A stretch of 41,839 bases of DNA from Methanobacteriota archaeon (GCA_903930485.1 CAIYYO010000024.1:1-41839); one strand, 5' to 3'. Counted from the first letter of the stretch, positions 9,083-19,400 are shown. The notes: generated by a model from the sequence alone, not told the origin. Numbers and translations are program-made.

Positions 9083-9284
9083 ATGGCCGAAGGATTCGAA
9101 AAATGCGATTGCCTTATGGACATCATAGAAAGAGCTTTCAAGGATCGCGGGCGTATCGTGGGAACAGATGCGGGCCTGCATGCGCGCCCTTGGAAAACTG
9201 GGCATAGTCGAAAGATACGGCGCAGACAAATACGCTATGTACTCTATAAAAATTGGAAAGAACCGGGTCCTTTTGATGCCGTGA
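9083..9284 (+). pseudogene. Probable disrupted winged-helix DNA-binding protein gene
   Basis: 9129-9284 reads KELSRIAGVSWEQMRACMRALGKLGIVERYGADKYAMYSIKIGKNRVLLMP*, a helix-turn-helix plus wing pattern. It is preceded by in-frame TAG (9126-9128), and the upstream ATG at 9083 is in another frame. Confidence 0.5.
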
Positions 9285-9292
9285 ACCGTCGC

Positions 9293-11419
9293 TCACCCGC
9301 CCATTTTCCCCAGTTTCTCCCTGACTTCAGCACTTACGCCATTCCCTTCACCGGCCGTTCCATACCTCCTCCTCTGAGAAAGCTCGGCAAGCTTGCCCTT
9401 GTTCCAGCCCGACACGTTCTGGTAATAGCCGGTTATCCTGCTCCACCAGTCGATCTTATCGCTTCCGCAGTTCGGACATTTATGAAGGAGGCCGCCTGCG
9501 GTAAAATCGCATTGGGTGCAGACTGAAAGGTCTTTCGTGTATGAGTAATACTGTATCGCGGTCTTTGTCGTGATCTTTTTGGTGAGCTCGTATATTCCTT
9601 CGGTCGTCGGATTAGATTCAGAGAGGAACACGTGGCTCATCGCTCCGCCGTCGGTCAGGGGGTGGAACGATCCCTCCATCGTCAGCCTCCTCCACAATGG
9701 CACGTCGGCCGAGGGCCTTACGTGGAACGAGTTCGTGTAGTATGCTGAGTCTTTTGTCCCGTTGAACACAACCTTGTCCTTGAATTTTCGCATGTCTATC
9801 TGAGGCAGCCTGTGGGAGCAGGATTCTGCCGGGGTCCTTGCAAGAGAGAAGTTGAGGCTGGTCTCGTCCCTGTACTCCGCGACGCGGTCTTTCATGTGCT
9901 TCATGACTGTGAGTGCGAATTTCCAAGCGTCTTCGGATTCGTGCAGCTCTTTTCCGGTATGTGCTTTGGTCATCTCGTTCATGCCCAGGATGCCTATGAT
10001 GAAGCTCTGTTTGTCGACTTCGAGGTAGTGTTCTCCGGCCTCGTTTATCGGCTGGTTCATGAAGGGCAGGAGGTTGTTCTTCAGGTTCCTTTTAACGATG
10101 TCCCTCTTGAGCAGGAGCACGTCCTTAGCCTTCTTCATGCGGTCGTCGAGTATCTCAAAGAACTTTGTATCGTCGCCGTTGGCGATGTATGCTATCTGGG
10201 GGAGGTTTATCGTCACGACCTGCAGGCCTCCGCCCCGTATGGTTCCGTTGACGACGTCTTCGTCGGTCTTGGACTTGTCGAGGGGCATCAGGAACGCGCA
10301 GCACTGGTAGCATGCGAACTCCGGCATGTAGGGCTGGTTGACTATGTAGTAGGGTGTCCCGAATTTTGCCGCAAGAGCCGAGAGCTTCATGAATTCCTCG
10401 TAATGATGCCCTTTCCGTATGTCTTCAGGATAAGTCTGGACCTCGAACTTCGGGAAATTGAATGGCTTGCCGATATAATCGCCTTGGTAGTAGACGTCTA
10501 CGAGCGCGTTGAAAAGGTTTTTGACCTCGTCCTCATAGTCGCCGTATGTGACGCTGTCCTGCACTACGCCGCCCATCTGAACCGCAGGGACGTCGAGGAA
10601 CTGCTTCGGCACACACATGTCAGAGTCGATGCTCGAGAAAACGACCTGTCCGCCCCGCGCGACGTACATCTGCGACAATTCATAGATGAACATCTGGGCC
10701 AGCTGCTTTACCTTCTTGTAGTCCAGGCCCGCAACATACGGAGCAAGGAAAGTGTTGAAGTACGAGAAACCCTGCCCTCCCGCGCAGTTGGTCTGGGCAG
10801 CTGCAAGGACTTTTGCGGCATGCAGGAACGCAACCTCCGGCCTCCTTGCCGGCCCCGCAACGGCCGTGTGGTTCCCGACACCGTCGGCCTTGAATCCGTT
10901 CTTCAGGAAGAACCTTATGTCGTGAGAAAAGCAAAAAGGCCTGATGAAATAATCAAGATCGTGTATGTGTATCTCGCCGGCCATGTGCGCGTCCGCAAGA
11001 TGCAGTGGCAGCAGGCTTATCAGTGCGTACTCTTTGGATATCTGGTCCGCCATCAACTTGTGAACCGTTTCAGGATTGTACTGAAGATTAGCATTCTCCT
11101 TGGAGCCGAAGCCCACCAGGTTCGAAACGTCGTAGACCGGCATACCAAGCCTCGTATACTTGGCCCTCTCCCTCTCCATGCCGTGCTCCAGCAATTTTAC
11201 GTTGGCGATCTCCCTTATGAGCGGGGCTGTCAGGTAGTTCAATTTCATTCCTGAGAGCTCTTCCTCGACTTCCAGAGCTATTTGATTAGCCTTCTCCTGT
11301 TCCAGTTCAGCCTCTTTTATCAGGGATTTGGCGATCTTTGTTCTGTCGAATTGCTCTAGCAAGGTCTTAGAAGTCCTGACTATCAGTTTTTTCCTGGAAC
11401 AATTGTTTTCGCCGCTCAT
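9293..11419 (-). CDS. nrdD: Anaerobic (class III) ribonucleoside-triphosphate reductase with N-terminal ATP cone
   Basis: ATP cone (VRTS...FDRTKI), KENAN, HIHDLD...PFC, YQCCAF finger loop, TINLPQIA, TPAES, YYTNS, CTQC..CPNC Zn site, RITGY glycyl-radical motif. Confidence 0.97.
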   Translation of the reverse strand: MSGENNCSRKKLIVRTSKTLLEQFDRTKIAKSLIKEAELEQEKANQIALEVEEELSGMKLNYLTAPLIREIANVKLLEHGMERERAKYTRLGMPVYDVSNLVGFGSKENANLQYNPETVHKLMADQISKEYALISLLPLHLADAHMAGEIHIHDLDYFIRPFCFSHDIRFFLKNGFKADGVGNHTAVAGPARRPEVAFLHAAKVLAAAQTNCAGGQGFSYFNTFLAPYVAGLDYKKVKQLAQMFIYELSQMYVARGGQVVFSSIDSDMCVPKQFLDVPAVQMGGVVQDSVTYGDYEDEVKNLFNALVDVYYQGDYIGKPFNFPKFEVQTYPEDIRKGHHYEEFMKLSALAAKFGTPYYIVNQPYMPEFACYQCCAFLMPLDKSKTDEDVVNGTIRGGGLQVVTINLPQIAYIANGDDTKFFEILDDRMKKAKDVLLLKRDIVKRNLKNNLLPFMNQPINEAGEHYLEVDKQSFIIGILGMNEMTKAHTGKELHESEDAWKFALTVMKHMKDRVAEYRDETSLNFSLARTPAESCSHRLPQIDMRKFKDKVVFNGTKDSAYYTNSFHVRPSADVPLWRRLTMEGSFHPLTDGGAMSHVFLSESNPTTEGIYELTKKITTKTAIQYYSYTKDLSVCTQCDFTAGGLLHKCPNCGSDKIDWWSRITGYYQNVSGWNKGKLAELSQRRRYGTAGEGNGVSAEVREKLGKMGG

Positions 11420-11624
11420 TTTGATTAAATCTAAATCCTGATTTCATCAATTTTAAAAACCATATTTGATAGATATAATTTATAACTTTACTAGTTTAAG
11501 AACTTATTCGGTGTAAAACAAAACGACAAAAAAGACGGCCAATAGTAAACACCTGCAAATATATGCAGTTAAGACCCAAACTATGACCATTGAATATTTT
11601 ATATACTATAAACACCTATAAAAA
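11420..11624. promoter_or_regulatory. AT-rich divergent promoter region between nrdD and the DUF112 gene
   Basis: Strongly AT-rich with TATA-like TTTATAA and TTTATATA, and imperfect palindrome CTGCAAATATATGCAG at 11553-11568. Confidence 0.55.
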
Positions 11625-12833
11625 ATGCTCGAATATGTTTTTCTGGCTTTGATAGGATGCGCCATCGGCGTGGTCACCGGGCTCATTCCGGGACTGCACG
11701 TGAACACCGTGGCAGTGATGGGATTCGGGACATATGTCGCTTTAGGCCTCACGCCGTTGGACTTCGTCATAATCCTTACTGCAGTCTCTATAACGCACGC
11801 ATTCTTGGACTACATCCCGGCCATCTTTCTTGGGGCGCCGGCAGAAGATACGGCATTGTCCGTACTTCCCGCTCACAGGCTGTTCATGCAGGGCAGGGCT
11901 TTCGAGGCCGTGAAACTGACTGCGACAGGAAGCCTTCTAGGCCTTGGAATAGGTCTGATGCTCCTTATCCCGGCCTTATATATCATACCGGCGATCTATC
12001 ACGCGTCGCGAGGCTTCATCGCCTACATCCTGATAGTCGCCGTCGTAATCCTCATAGCCCAGGAAAAATCCCCTAGAGCCATCAAATGGGCAGTCCTTAC
12101 TTTCCTCATCTCAGGATGGCTTGGCGTCGTCGTATTAGACCATCAGGATTTCCTCTCTTCTTCGGACGTGTTGTTCCCTGTCTTTGCGGGTCTCTTCGGC
12201 CTGGCAAACCTATTGGATTCACTAAAGTCGGAAGCAGTCGCGATACCCCAGGACCCGTACATCAAGGTCAAATTCGAGAAAAAGTTCTTCGGCGCGGGAT
12301 TGCTTGGAGCGATCTCGGGGGCATTGATCGGCGTATTGCCCGCTATCAGCCCATCGCAGATGGGGGCTCTCATCTCGGAGAAGGCGAAGCTGGATTCTAA
12401 GAACTTTCTGGTCTTCCTTAGTGCTATAAATACCTCGGATGCCATTTACTCGATGCTGGCGTTGTATACGATAAGCAATGCGCGAAGCGGCGTTGCTGTC
12501 ATAGTAGGCAAGGTCATAGACGTCAATTTCGACGTAGTCCTATTGCTTGTCGGCGTCATGGCGTTTTCGGCCTTCTTTGCAACCGTTGTGCACATACAGA
12601 TCGGCAAGAGAATGTCCGGGCTCGTCGAGAAGATAAACTATCGGAAGCTTTGCGTCGCATCGTTCGTGTTCATACTGTCCATGGTCTATGTGTTCACGGG
12701 TTGGTTCGGTCTCCTGCTTGCGCTTTTGTGTACCGTAGTCGGAATCCTGCCCATAATTGCCGGAATCAGCCGGACACACCTTATGGGCGTGCTTTTATTG
12801 CCTACAATCCTATTCTTTTTAGGGGTGGGCTGA
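11625..12833 (+). CDS. Archaeal DUF112 / TctA-like (tripartite tricarboxylate transporter permease family) membrane protein
   Basis: TGLIPGLHVN, ITHAFLDYIPAIFLGAP, LSVLPAHR...GR, LFPVFAGLFG, ARSG, RTHLMG. Confidence 0.88.
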   Translation: MLEYVFLALIGCAIGVVTGLIPGLHVNTVAVMGFGTYVALGLTPLDFVIILTAVSITHAFLDYIPAIFLGAPAEDTALSVLPAHRLFMQGRAFEAVKLTATGSLLGLGIGLMLLIPALYIIPAIYHASRGFIAYILIVAVVILIAQEKSPRAIKWAVLTFLISGWLGVVVLDHQDFLSSSDVLFPVFAGLFGLANLLDSLKSEAVAIPQDPYIKVKFEKKFFGAGLLGAISGALIGVLPAISPSQMGALISEKAKLDSKNFLVFLSAINTSDAIYSMLALYTISNARSGVAVIVGKVIDVNFDVVLLLVGVMAFSAFFATVVHIQIGKRMSGLVEKINYRKLCVASFVFILSMVYVFTGWFGLLLALLCTVVGILPIIAGISRTHLMGVLLLPTILFFLGVG

Positions 12834-12836
12834 AAG

Positions 12837-13253
12837 ATGCGGCAGGAAGGAGAAGGTTTCGAGAAGATGGTTGCCAAGGAATTGGCGGTCCTGAACAAGA
12901 ACATAATTCTCCACAGGAAAAACCTTAAAGAGCTCCTGGCAGAAAAAAACCCATCGATCGCTGTCAAAGGTCAGGAGGATTACGTCTTCGACAAGGCGGC
13001 GCTGAAGAAAGCTGCCGCGAAATATCCCGAACACAAGCACGACGACGTAAAGCTGCCGGTTCTCTTTTACATCGATACCGAGGTTCCCAACCAGTGCTAT
13101 ATCCGCGAAGAGCTGAATGCGGATTTCTTCAAGAAGATCTCCGGGCTCGAGGGTTATAAGTACAAAAAAGGCAAGATGTGGCTTTCGAAAGCCGTTGCGA
13201 GCGATCTCATGCGTGAGTATCCTACTCTTTTCCAGTACTTCTTCCTGCCTTAG
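12837..13253 (+). CDS. DUF61 (UPF0216) family protein
   Basis: ELAVLNK...RKNLKELLAEKNP and VKLPV patterns; size typical of the family. Confidence 0.75.
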   Translation: MRQEGEGFEKMVAKELAVLNKNIILHRKNLKELLAEKNPSIAVKGQEDYVFDKAALKKAAAKYPEHKHDDVKLPVLFYIDTEVPNQCYIREELNADFFKKISGLEGYKYKKGKMWLSKAVASDLMREYPTLFQYFFLP

Positions 13254-14469
13254 GCTTCATCCTGATAAGCGGCATGCTCAGGTGCCTCCTCGCTCCGGGC
13301 GGGACTTCGTAGAATCCTTTCACAAGGTCTCGAAGAACTTCTTTCAAACGAATCTCGCGCGCTCTTTTCCCGCATTTCCTGCACTTGTATCCCTTGCCTT
13401 TTCCTGCAGAAGTCATCCTCCTGCCGCAGCATGTGGGAGAATCTTTTAAATAGACTTTGGCCAGCTTCAATATCCTGATCTTTTCCAGATTAAAAGTGTT
13501 CGGGTGCTTGCTTATCCCACCGAATACCTCGATCCTGTCCCCAAGCAGGAGCTTCTTTACGGTATTCCTGAACGGCCCGGTGGGCTTGTATGCAGCGCAC
13601 GTTATTTCCCCCGTCAGGTCCCTGAGCCCGAACAATATATGGCCGCCAGCTATCGTTCTTGGTTCCTTGGCAACGGTTCCGTTCAGTATTGCGCAGTCGT
13701 AAGGCTTTAATTCCGCGATCTTTTTCTTCCTGAGGTGCGCGTCTGTCCCCTGGTTTGTGACGAATATCTGGGTCCGTTCGATCTCTTCCAGGGGCTTGAC
13801 CATTGCCCATGCCTTTTCGACGACGCTCTTGGAATTTCCGCGTATGCCGCAGAATACTGGGTCGTACCCGTGTGGGAATATAAGTATCCTTCCCGTGTTG
13901 TTGTCGATGTTGTTAAAGGTTTCGGGATAAGTCTCCTTGTCCATCCGGTAGATGGAATCGACGTCTATCTTTTTCTCTTTCTTCCTGTGGCTCCTGTATG
14001 CGATTATTTCGTAGGTCTTGTCAGGGAGCTCCGCCCCTATTGCCGCAAGGGCTCCGATGATGCCTCGGCCGTTCTTGAATTTGTGGAATTCCGCGCCCAC
14101 CGACGAGGCGCATTTCTCAGCGTTCTCTATCGAAACAAGTTCCGAAACCGCGCGCCGATAAAAGTCCCTCAGTTTTTTCTTATCCGCAGGATTGAGCTTT
14201 TCTATGAACACGACGCCTGGGTTGGTCTTTTTCTCTTCGAACTGCGCGTATTCGCCGACCATGTCGAGAACGGTCTTCTTTATCAGGGCGCGATCTCCTT
14301 CGACTATCAGGCATACTGCGCCGTTGCCCCTGGTCTTGTACGGGATGTTCGGGTTCAAACGTATCAATCGCGGAAGTTCTACAGTGCCTAACTTTTCGCA
14401 GAGCAGCGCCGCCAGATACGTCGTGCACATCCTCTTCTCGGAATCCGTATCATCGATGCCTACGTACAT
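13222..14469 (-). CDS. tiaS: tRNA(Ile2) 2-agmatinylcytidine synthetase
   Basis: VGIDDTDS...MCTTY, RLNPNIPYKTRGNG, GRGIIGALAA, GIRG, TNQGTD, OB fold (AAYKPTG), Zn ribbon, RRHLSMP. Confidence 0.97.
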   Translation of the reverse strand: MYVGIDDTDSEKRMCTTYLAALLCEKLGTVELPRLIRLNPNIPYKTRGNGAVCLIVEGDRALIKKTVLDMVGEYAQFEEKKTNPGVVFIEKLNPADKKKLRDFYRRAVSELVSIENAEKCASSVGAEFHKFKNGRGIIGALAAIGAELPDKTYEIIAYRSHRKKEKKIDVDSIYRMDKETYPETFNNIDNNTGRILIFPHGYDPVFCGIRGNSKSVVEKAWAMVKPLEEIERTQIFVTNQGTDAHLRKKKIAELKPYDCAILNGTVAKEPRTIAGGHILFGLRDLTGEITCAAYKPTGPFRNTVKKLLLGDRIEVFGGISKHPNTFNLEKIRILKLAKVYLKDSPTCCGRRMTSAGKGKGYKCRKCGKRAREIRLKEVLRDLVKGFYEVPPGARRHLSMPLIRMKPKAGRSTGKE

Positions 14470-14481
14470 AACAGAAAACTA

Positions 14482-15183
14482 TCATATGAACTCTTCTTGC
14501 GCCTTCATCGCATAATACGTCCTGTGAGCTATGTTGACAGAGTGATCCGCAATCCTTTCCAAATATCTTGCCGTCAGTATGATGTTGAGGGCGAAAGACA
14601 TGCCTTCGGCGTCTTTTCTTGATATCTCCTCAAGCTTTCTGAAGACCTTCGCGAAAAGCTTGTCAACGTTGTCCTCCATCTTGTGGATCTCCTCGATCCT
14701 TCCGACGTCTTTATGTATGAAGGCCGGACCCGCTTTGTTCACCATGTCCGCGGCTATCTCCCCCATCTCCATTATCGGATTTTTATTTCCTTCGTTCATG
14801 TCCACCAGCTTGAGGACGTGTCTGTTGAATTCCTGGCTTATATTGGGAGACTCGTCAAGGATGTAATTCACGTTCTTTGCTATGTCGACGGCATAGTCGC
14901 CGATCCTCTCCAAATTCGTCGCGACGTCCATCGAGATGCTGATGAAGCGCAGATCCTTTGCCACCGGCTGCTGGAGTGCGATGGTCTGGATGCACCTCTC
15001 CTTTATCTCGGCATAGAGCTCGTTGACGTGCTTGTCTTTTTCTATGATATCGTGCGCTTTTTTGCTGTCCAGTTCGGACAGCGCCGTCATTGCGTTTCTC
15101 AGTTGCTCCTCGGCAAGGAGAGTCATCCTGAGGATATCTTCCTTGATGGTATCCATCTGGAAATCCAGTTTCTGTCTTGGCAT
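14482..15183 (-). CDS. phoU: Phosphate signalling protein PhoU
   Basis: ALQQPVAKDLR, LERIGDYAVDIA, LERIADHSVNIA. Confidence 0.96.
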   Translation of the reverse strand: MPRQKLDFQMDTIKEDILRMTLLAEEQLRNAMTALSELDSKKAHDIIEKDKHVNELYAEIKERCIQTIALQQPVAKDLRFISISMDVATNLERIGDYAVDIAKNVNYILDESPNISQEFNRHVLKLVDMNEGNKNPIMEMGEIAADMVNKAGPAFIHKDVGRIEEIHKMEDNVDKLFAKVFRKLEEISRKDAEGMSFALNIILTARYLERIADHSVNIAHRTYYAMKAQEEFI

Positions 15184-15203
15184 TTTTTTTCACCACCTAT
15201 CTT

Positions 15204-15965
15204 TTATCCAAATCTTCCCGTGATATAATCCTCTGTTTCCTTCTTTTTTGGGTTCTCAAATATGTCTCGCGTCTTAGCGAATTCAAGGAGTCTCCCCAGG
15301 AGAAAGAATCCGGTGTAGTCCGAGACTCTTGCGGCCTGCTGCATGTTATGCGTCACTATTACTATCGTATATTTCTTCTTTAAATCCTGCATCAGGTCTT
15401 CTATCTTGCCTGTGGCTATCGGGTCAAGAGCCGAGCAGGGTTCGTCGAACAACACTACCTCGGGTTTGACCGCGAGGGTCCTTGCGATGCATAGCCTCTG
15501 CTGTTGTCCTCCTGAAAGGTCGAGAGCATTCGTGTTGAGGCGGTCCGACACTTCCCCCCACAGGGCCGCGCCGACAAGGCTTTCCTCGACTATCCTCCTT
15601 AATTCGGTCTTGTCTTTTATCCCGTGTATCCTTGGTCCGTAGGCGACGTTGTCGAATATGCTCATCGGGAACGGATTCGGTCTTTGGAATACCATGCCGA
15701 CTCTTTTACGCAGGGCTACCGGGTCGATGTCCTTATCGTAAATGTTCTTATTGTCCAGTAACACTTCCCCGGTTATCTTTACTCCGTCTATCAGGTCGTT
15801 CATCCTGTTAAGGCACCTTATGAAGGTCGATTTCCCGCACCCGGAGGGGCCGATCAGAGCAGTCACCCGGTTCTCTTTTATGTTCAGGTTGTTGTCCTTC
15901 AAAGCCTGCTTGTCGCCGTACCACAGGTTCAGGTCCTTCACCAATATCTTGTTCTTTTGGTCCAT
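15204..15965 (-). CDS. pstB: Phosphate ABC transporter ATPase
   Basis: [56 protein letters not shown]. Confidence 0.97.
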   Translation of the reverse strand: MDQKNKILVKDLNLWYGDKQALKDNNLNIKENRVTALIGPSGCGKSTFIRCLNRMNDLIDGVKITGEVLLDNKNIYDKDIDPVALRKRVGMVFQRPNPFPMSIFDNVAYGPRIHGIKDKTELRRIVEESLVGAALWGEVSDRLNTNALDLSGGQQQRLCIARTLAVKPEVVLFDEPCSALDPIATGKIEDLMQDLKKKYTIVIVTHNMQQAARVSDYTGFFLLGRLLEFAKTRDIFENPKKKETEDYITGRFG

Positions 15966-15966
15966 C

Positions 15967-16815
15967 TCAGCAGTTCCGCCTCAAGTTCCTTGAGAGCCTT
16001 TTCTTGAAAACCCTTGTTATATGATTGAGCAGGAGGATGATTAACACGAGAGTCAAGGCCGTTCCGAACGCCACTTTAAGCGAGATTCCCTCCATGGCCA
16101 GATAGTAAAGCTGCGTCGTCAGTGTGTTCCCGCTGCCGAACAGGGAGGACGGGATCGTCGGATTCAACGCGACCATGAAGATTATGGGGGCCGTTTCCCC
16201 TACGGCCCGGCCGATGCTAAGGATTATTCCCGTAGCTATGCCCGGAACCGAGCCCGGCAGGACGATATTTCTGATCGTCTGGAGTTTCGATGCGCCCATG
16301 CCGTAGCTCTCCATCTTTTCCGCGTACGGAACGCCGCGCATAGCGACTTCCGAGGTCCTGATTATCGTGGGAAGCACCATGAATCCTAGAGTAAGGCCTG
16401 CCGACAGCAGAGAGGGTCCGCCGGTGTAATCCTTCAGGTAGAACACGAAGAGGGCGAGCCCGAACAAGCCGAAGACTATCGACGGGACCGCGTTCAAGGC
16501 ATCCGACGCCGTTCTAATAACTCTCGAGAACCAGTCGTCTTTGCGAAACTCCGTAAGATAGATCGCCGTTCCCACCCCGACCGGCGCAGCGAAAGACAGG
16601 GCGACGACAACCACAATCAATGAGCCGAGGATTGCCGGGAATATGCCTCCTTCGCGCCAGTTGTTCTGCGGCATGTCGAGCAGGAATGAAACAGAAAGGG
16701 CCCCGACGCCTTTTATGAATATATAGCCCAGGACCGCGAGCAGGATTAAGATTATGACTACGGCGGACATCCAAAGCCATATCTTTGCCAGCCTGTCGGT
16801 GGTGTGTTTGTTCAT
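15967..16815 (-). CDS. pstA: Phosphate ABC transporter permease PstA (copy 2)
   Basis: [39 protein letters not shown]. Confidence 0.94.
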   Translation of the reverse strand: MNKHTTDRLAKIWLWMSAVVIILILLAVLGYIFIKGVGALSVSFLLDMPQNNWREGGIFPAILGSLIVVVVALSFAAPVGVGTAIYLTEFRKDDWFSRVIRTASDALNAVPSIVFGLFGLALFVFYLKDYTGGPSLLSAGLTLGFMVLPTIIRTSEVAMRGVPYAEKMESYGMGASKLQTIRNIVLPGSVPGIATGIILSIGRAVGETAPIIFMVALNPTIPSSLFGSGNTLTTQLYYLAMEGISLKVAFGTALTLVLIILLLNHITRVFKKRLSRNLRRNC

Positions 16816-16823
16816 CTTGATGA

Positions 16824-17696
16824 CTATTCAAATCTTTCATGGTTTCGGCTTATCAGCCTGCTTGATAAGACGCTTAGTACGAGCACGAACACGAAGGGGA
16901 CTATGCCGAGGCAGAACAGCGCCCTATAATGGAGGCTGTTTACGACCGCTTCACCCATCTCGAGAAGGATGGCCGACGTCAGCGTTTCTCCAGGAACCAG
17001 GAAGCCGGTCGGGAACTTTTCAACGTTCCCTATGACAAGAACGACTGCCATAGTCTCTCCGATCGCCCTACCCATTCCCAAGATGACGCCGGCGACGATG
17101 CCCTGGCTTGCGGCCGGGAGCAGGACCCGGTGAATAGTCTGCCAGTCGGTTGCGCCCATAGCATACGAGCCTTCGCGGTAAAGTCTCGGAACCGCCTCTA
17201 TCGCGTCCTGAGAGATGCTTATGATTATGGGCAGGACCATTATGGACAGGATTATCGATGCCGCGAGGATAGTCTCCCCCGTCGCAAGATTGAACGTAAT
17301 ATGGGCCGCGTTCACGATGATGACTAGGGCGAAGACGCCGTAGATGATGGACGGGATCCCGGCGAGTAATTCGATCGCGGGACGCACGATGTTCTTAGCC
17401 CAGCGCGGAGCGATCTCCGAGAGGAATATGGCGCAGGACAATCCTAAAGGCACCGCTATCAGGAGCGCGCCGAAGGTTACCATGAATGCTGCGACGATGA
17501 ATTGGAACGCGCCGTAGACGTCTTTCGACGGGACCCATCTGGTGCCGAACAGGAAATCCAGGACCCCGACTTTCGTGAACAAGGGAAGGCCGGCATTGAA
17601 GATGAAGAGCATGATAAGCAGTAGCACGACGACGGCGGTTATGCTGAAGAGCATCAACACCCTTCCGACCATTTTTTCAGGCTCGAATCTGCCCAT
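16824..17696 (-). CDS. pstC: Phosphate ABC transporter permease PstC (copy 2)
   Basis: AIFLSE, IELLAGIPSIIYG, GRAIGETMAV. Confidence 0.94.
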   Translation of the reverse strand: MGRFEPEKMVGRVLMLFSITAVVVLLLIMLFIFNAGLPLFTKVGVLDFLFGTRWVPSKDVYGAFQFIVAAFMVTFGALLIAVPLGLSCAIFLSEIAPRWAKNIVRPAIELLAGIPSIIYGVFALVIIVNAAHITFNLATGETILAASIILSIMVLPIIISISQDAIEAVPRLYREGSYAMGATDWQTIHRVLLPAASQGIVAGVILGMGRAIGETMAVVLVIGNVEKFPTGFLVPGETLTSAILLEMGEAVVNSLHYRALFCLGIVPFVFVLVLSVLSSRLISRNHERFE

Positions 17697-17698
17697 TT

Positions 17699-18499
17699 TT
17701 ATGGTTTTATTTTTATGAATCCTTCATGTTTGACTATGTCCTGGCCTTCCGGGGAGAGGATGTAGTCGATGAAATCCTTGGAGATACCCTGCGGCTGTCT
17801 CTTGGTTATCAGGTACAGGTTCCTTGAAAGCGGGTACCGCTTGTTCCGGACGTTCTCTTCATCCGGTGACGAGCCGTTCAAGGAAATCGCCTTTATCGAG
17901 TCGTCGAGATAGCCTATGCCGACGTATCCTATCGCGTTCTCGTTCCCTGCGACCGTGAAACGGATGGCCCCGCTCGCAGGCTTCTGCAGCGCGCCGTCCG
18001 AGACGTCGGTTTTGCCCATCACCATGCTCTCGAACATCGACCTAGTCCCGGAGCCGTCTTCTCTCTCGACGAGGACGATGGGCCTATCCGGGCCCCCGAC
18101 TTCTTTATAGTTCTTTATTTTTCCCGAAAAGATGTCTCTGACCTGCTGGAGGGTTAAGTCTTTTATCGTGTTCGACGGATTCACTACAATGGCGATGCAG
18201 TCTATTGCTACAGTCGTCGTCACTAAGTCCGGCCCCTTGGTCTTTTCCTGGGCCGTAAGCTCGCGGGAGGAGGCGCCGATCCCGACAGAGCCTTCTGCGA
18301 CCATGTTTATTCCCGTTCCCGAGCCTCCGCCTTCGACGCCTATCCTTACGCTCGGATGCTCGGTCGAATATGTCTCAGACGCTCTTGTGACGATGGGCTG
18401 TACGGTAGTAGAGCCGGAAATGATCAGATCCTTGCTGTCCTTGCCGACGCAGCCGCCGAACAACGTGAGCGCTATGACGAAGCAGACTAGACTTTTCAT
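17699..18499 (-). CDS. pstS: Phosphate ABC transporter substrate-binding lipoprotein PstS (copy 2); start moved to ATG 18499
   Basis: MKSLV...FGGC lipobox-like signal, GSTTVQP, GGGSGTG, SSR, REDGSGTR, YPLSR. Confidence 0.93.
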   Translation of the reverse strand: MKSLVCFVIALTLFGGCVGKDSKDLIISGSTTVQPIVTRASETYSTEHPSVRIGVEGGGSGTGINMVAEGSVGIGASSRELTAQEKTKGPDLVTTTVAIDCIAIVVNPSNTIKDLTLQQVRDIFSGKIKNYKEVGGPDRPIVLVEREDGSGTRSMFESMVMGKTDVSDGALQKPASGAIRFTVAGNENAIGYVGIGYLDDSIKAISLNGSSPDEENVRNKRYPLSRNLYLITKRQPQGISKDFIDYILSPEGQDIVKHEGFIKIKP

Positions 18500-18545
18500 C
18501 GCATTTATGTTTAATACTTGCACGCGGAACACAAAAATACAAAAC

Positions 18546-19400
18546 TCACCTCCGTATATTCGCAGACAGCCTGTTGTTGAGCGCCCTCGCAACGTAGTTC
18601 AAGACAAGCACCATGAACAGGAGCAGGGAGGCGACGGCAAAAGCCCGCGTTATGTATTGTTCGTTCTGGGCTTCGGATGTCAGGAAATACAGAGTTGTCG
18701 TGAGCGAATTGAAAGGGTCTGCAGGCGACAAAGGAGTGATCGGTGGCCAGAACGAGGCCAGCCAGATTATCGGAGCAGTCTCTCCGGCAGCCCTTCCCAA
18801 ACCAAGGATGACTCCGGTAATTATCCCCGGAAGCGCAGTTGGCAGTATAACTCCGGTTATCGTCTGAAGCTTTGTCGCGCCAAGGGCATAGCTTCCCTCT
18901 ATCTCGGACCACGGTACGGCCTTTATTGCGACCTCGGCGGTCCTGATGATCGTGGGAAGGATCATGAATCCCAGGGTCAGCCCGGCTGCAAAGACGGACG
19001 GCTTCATTCTCAAATAATAAAGGAACAACGTCAATCCGAATAAGCCGAACACTATCGACGGGATCGCGTTAAGGGCGTCGGAGCCGATTCTCATTAACTT
19101 CGTCGTCCGTCCTTCTTTTGTATACTGAGTCAGGTGGACTGCGGCCCCGATGCCGAGAGGGGTTGCGAAGAGGAGGGCTATCAAAACAGTGTACAGAGTC
19201 CCTATCAAAGCCGGAAGCATTCCGCCTGCAAGCCAGATATTTTCAGGCTGGCCCAAAACAAACTCCACACCCAGGTCGTGGGACCCCCGGTATACTACGT
19301 AGAGGACTATTGAACACAGGATCAGTAGAATGGAACCAGCAGACAGCCACAATAGAGTCATTGCGGCCTTGTTTTTTCTTTGAGGGGTGAAGTCTAACAT
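18546..19400 (-). CDS. pstA: Phosphate ABC transporter permease PstA (copy 1)
   Basis: [38 protein letters not shown]. Confidence 0.94.
   Translation of the reverse strand: MLDFTPQRKNKAAMTLLWLSAGSILLILCSIVLYVVYRGSHDLGVEFVLGQPENIWLAGGMLPALIGTLYTVLIALLFATPLGIGAAVHLTQYTKEGRTTKLMRIGSDALNAIPSIVFGLFGLTLFLYYLRMKPSVFAAGLTLGFMILPTIIRTAEVAIKAVPWSEIEGSYALGATKLQTITGVILPTALPGIITGVILGLGRAAGETAPIIWLASFWPPITPLSPADPFNSLTTTLYFLTSEAQNEQYITRAFAVASLLLFMVLVLNYVARALNNRLSANIRR

Noticed and set aside
9083..9526. 147-aa ORF as given in the track
   Set aside because: Overlaps the nrdD 3' end by more than 230 bp and is unprotein-like after codon ~16; the wHTH signal is in another frame.
9812..11254. 480-aa plus-strand ORF
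   Set aside because: Antisense shadow of nrdD with no recognisable motifs.
13222..13253. 32-bp convergent overlap of tiaS and the DUF61 gene
   Set aside because: Short tail-to-tail overlaps are common in compact archaeal genomes.
18132..19043. 303-aa ORF and similar long antisense ORFs (2781-3587, 7370-8203, 21829-22551)
   Set aside because: Each lies opposite a well-supported gene and shows no family motifs.
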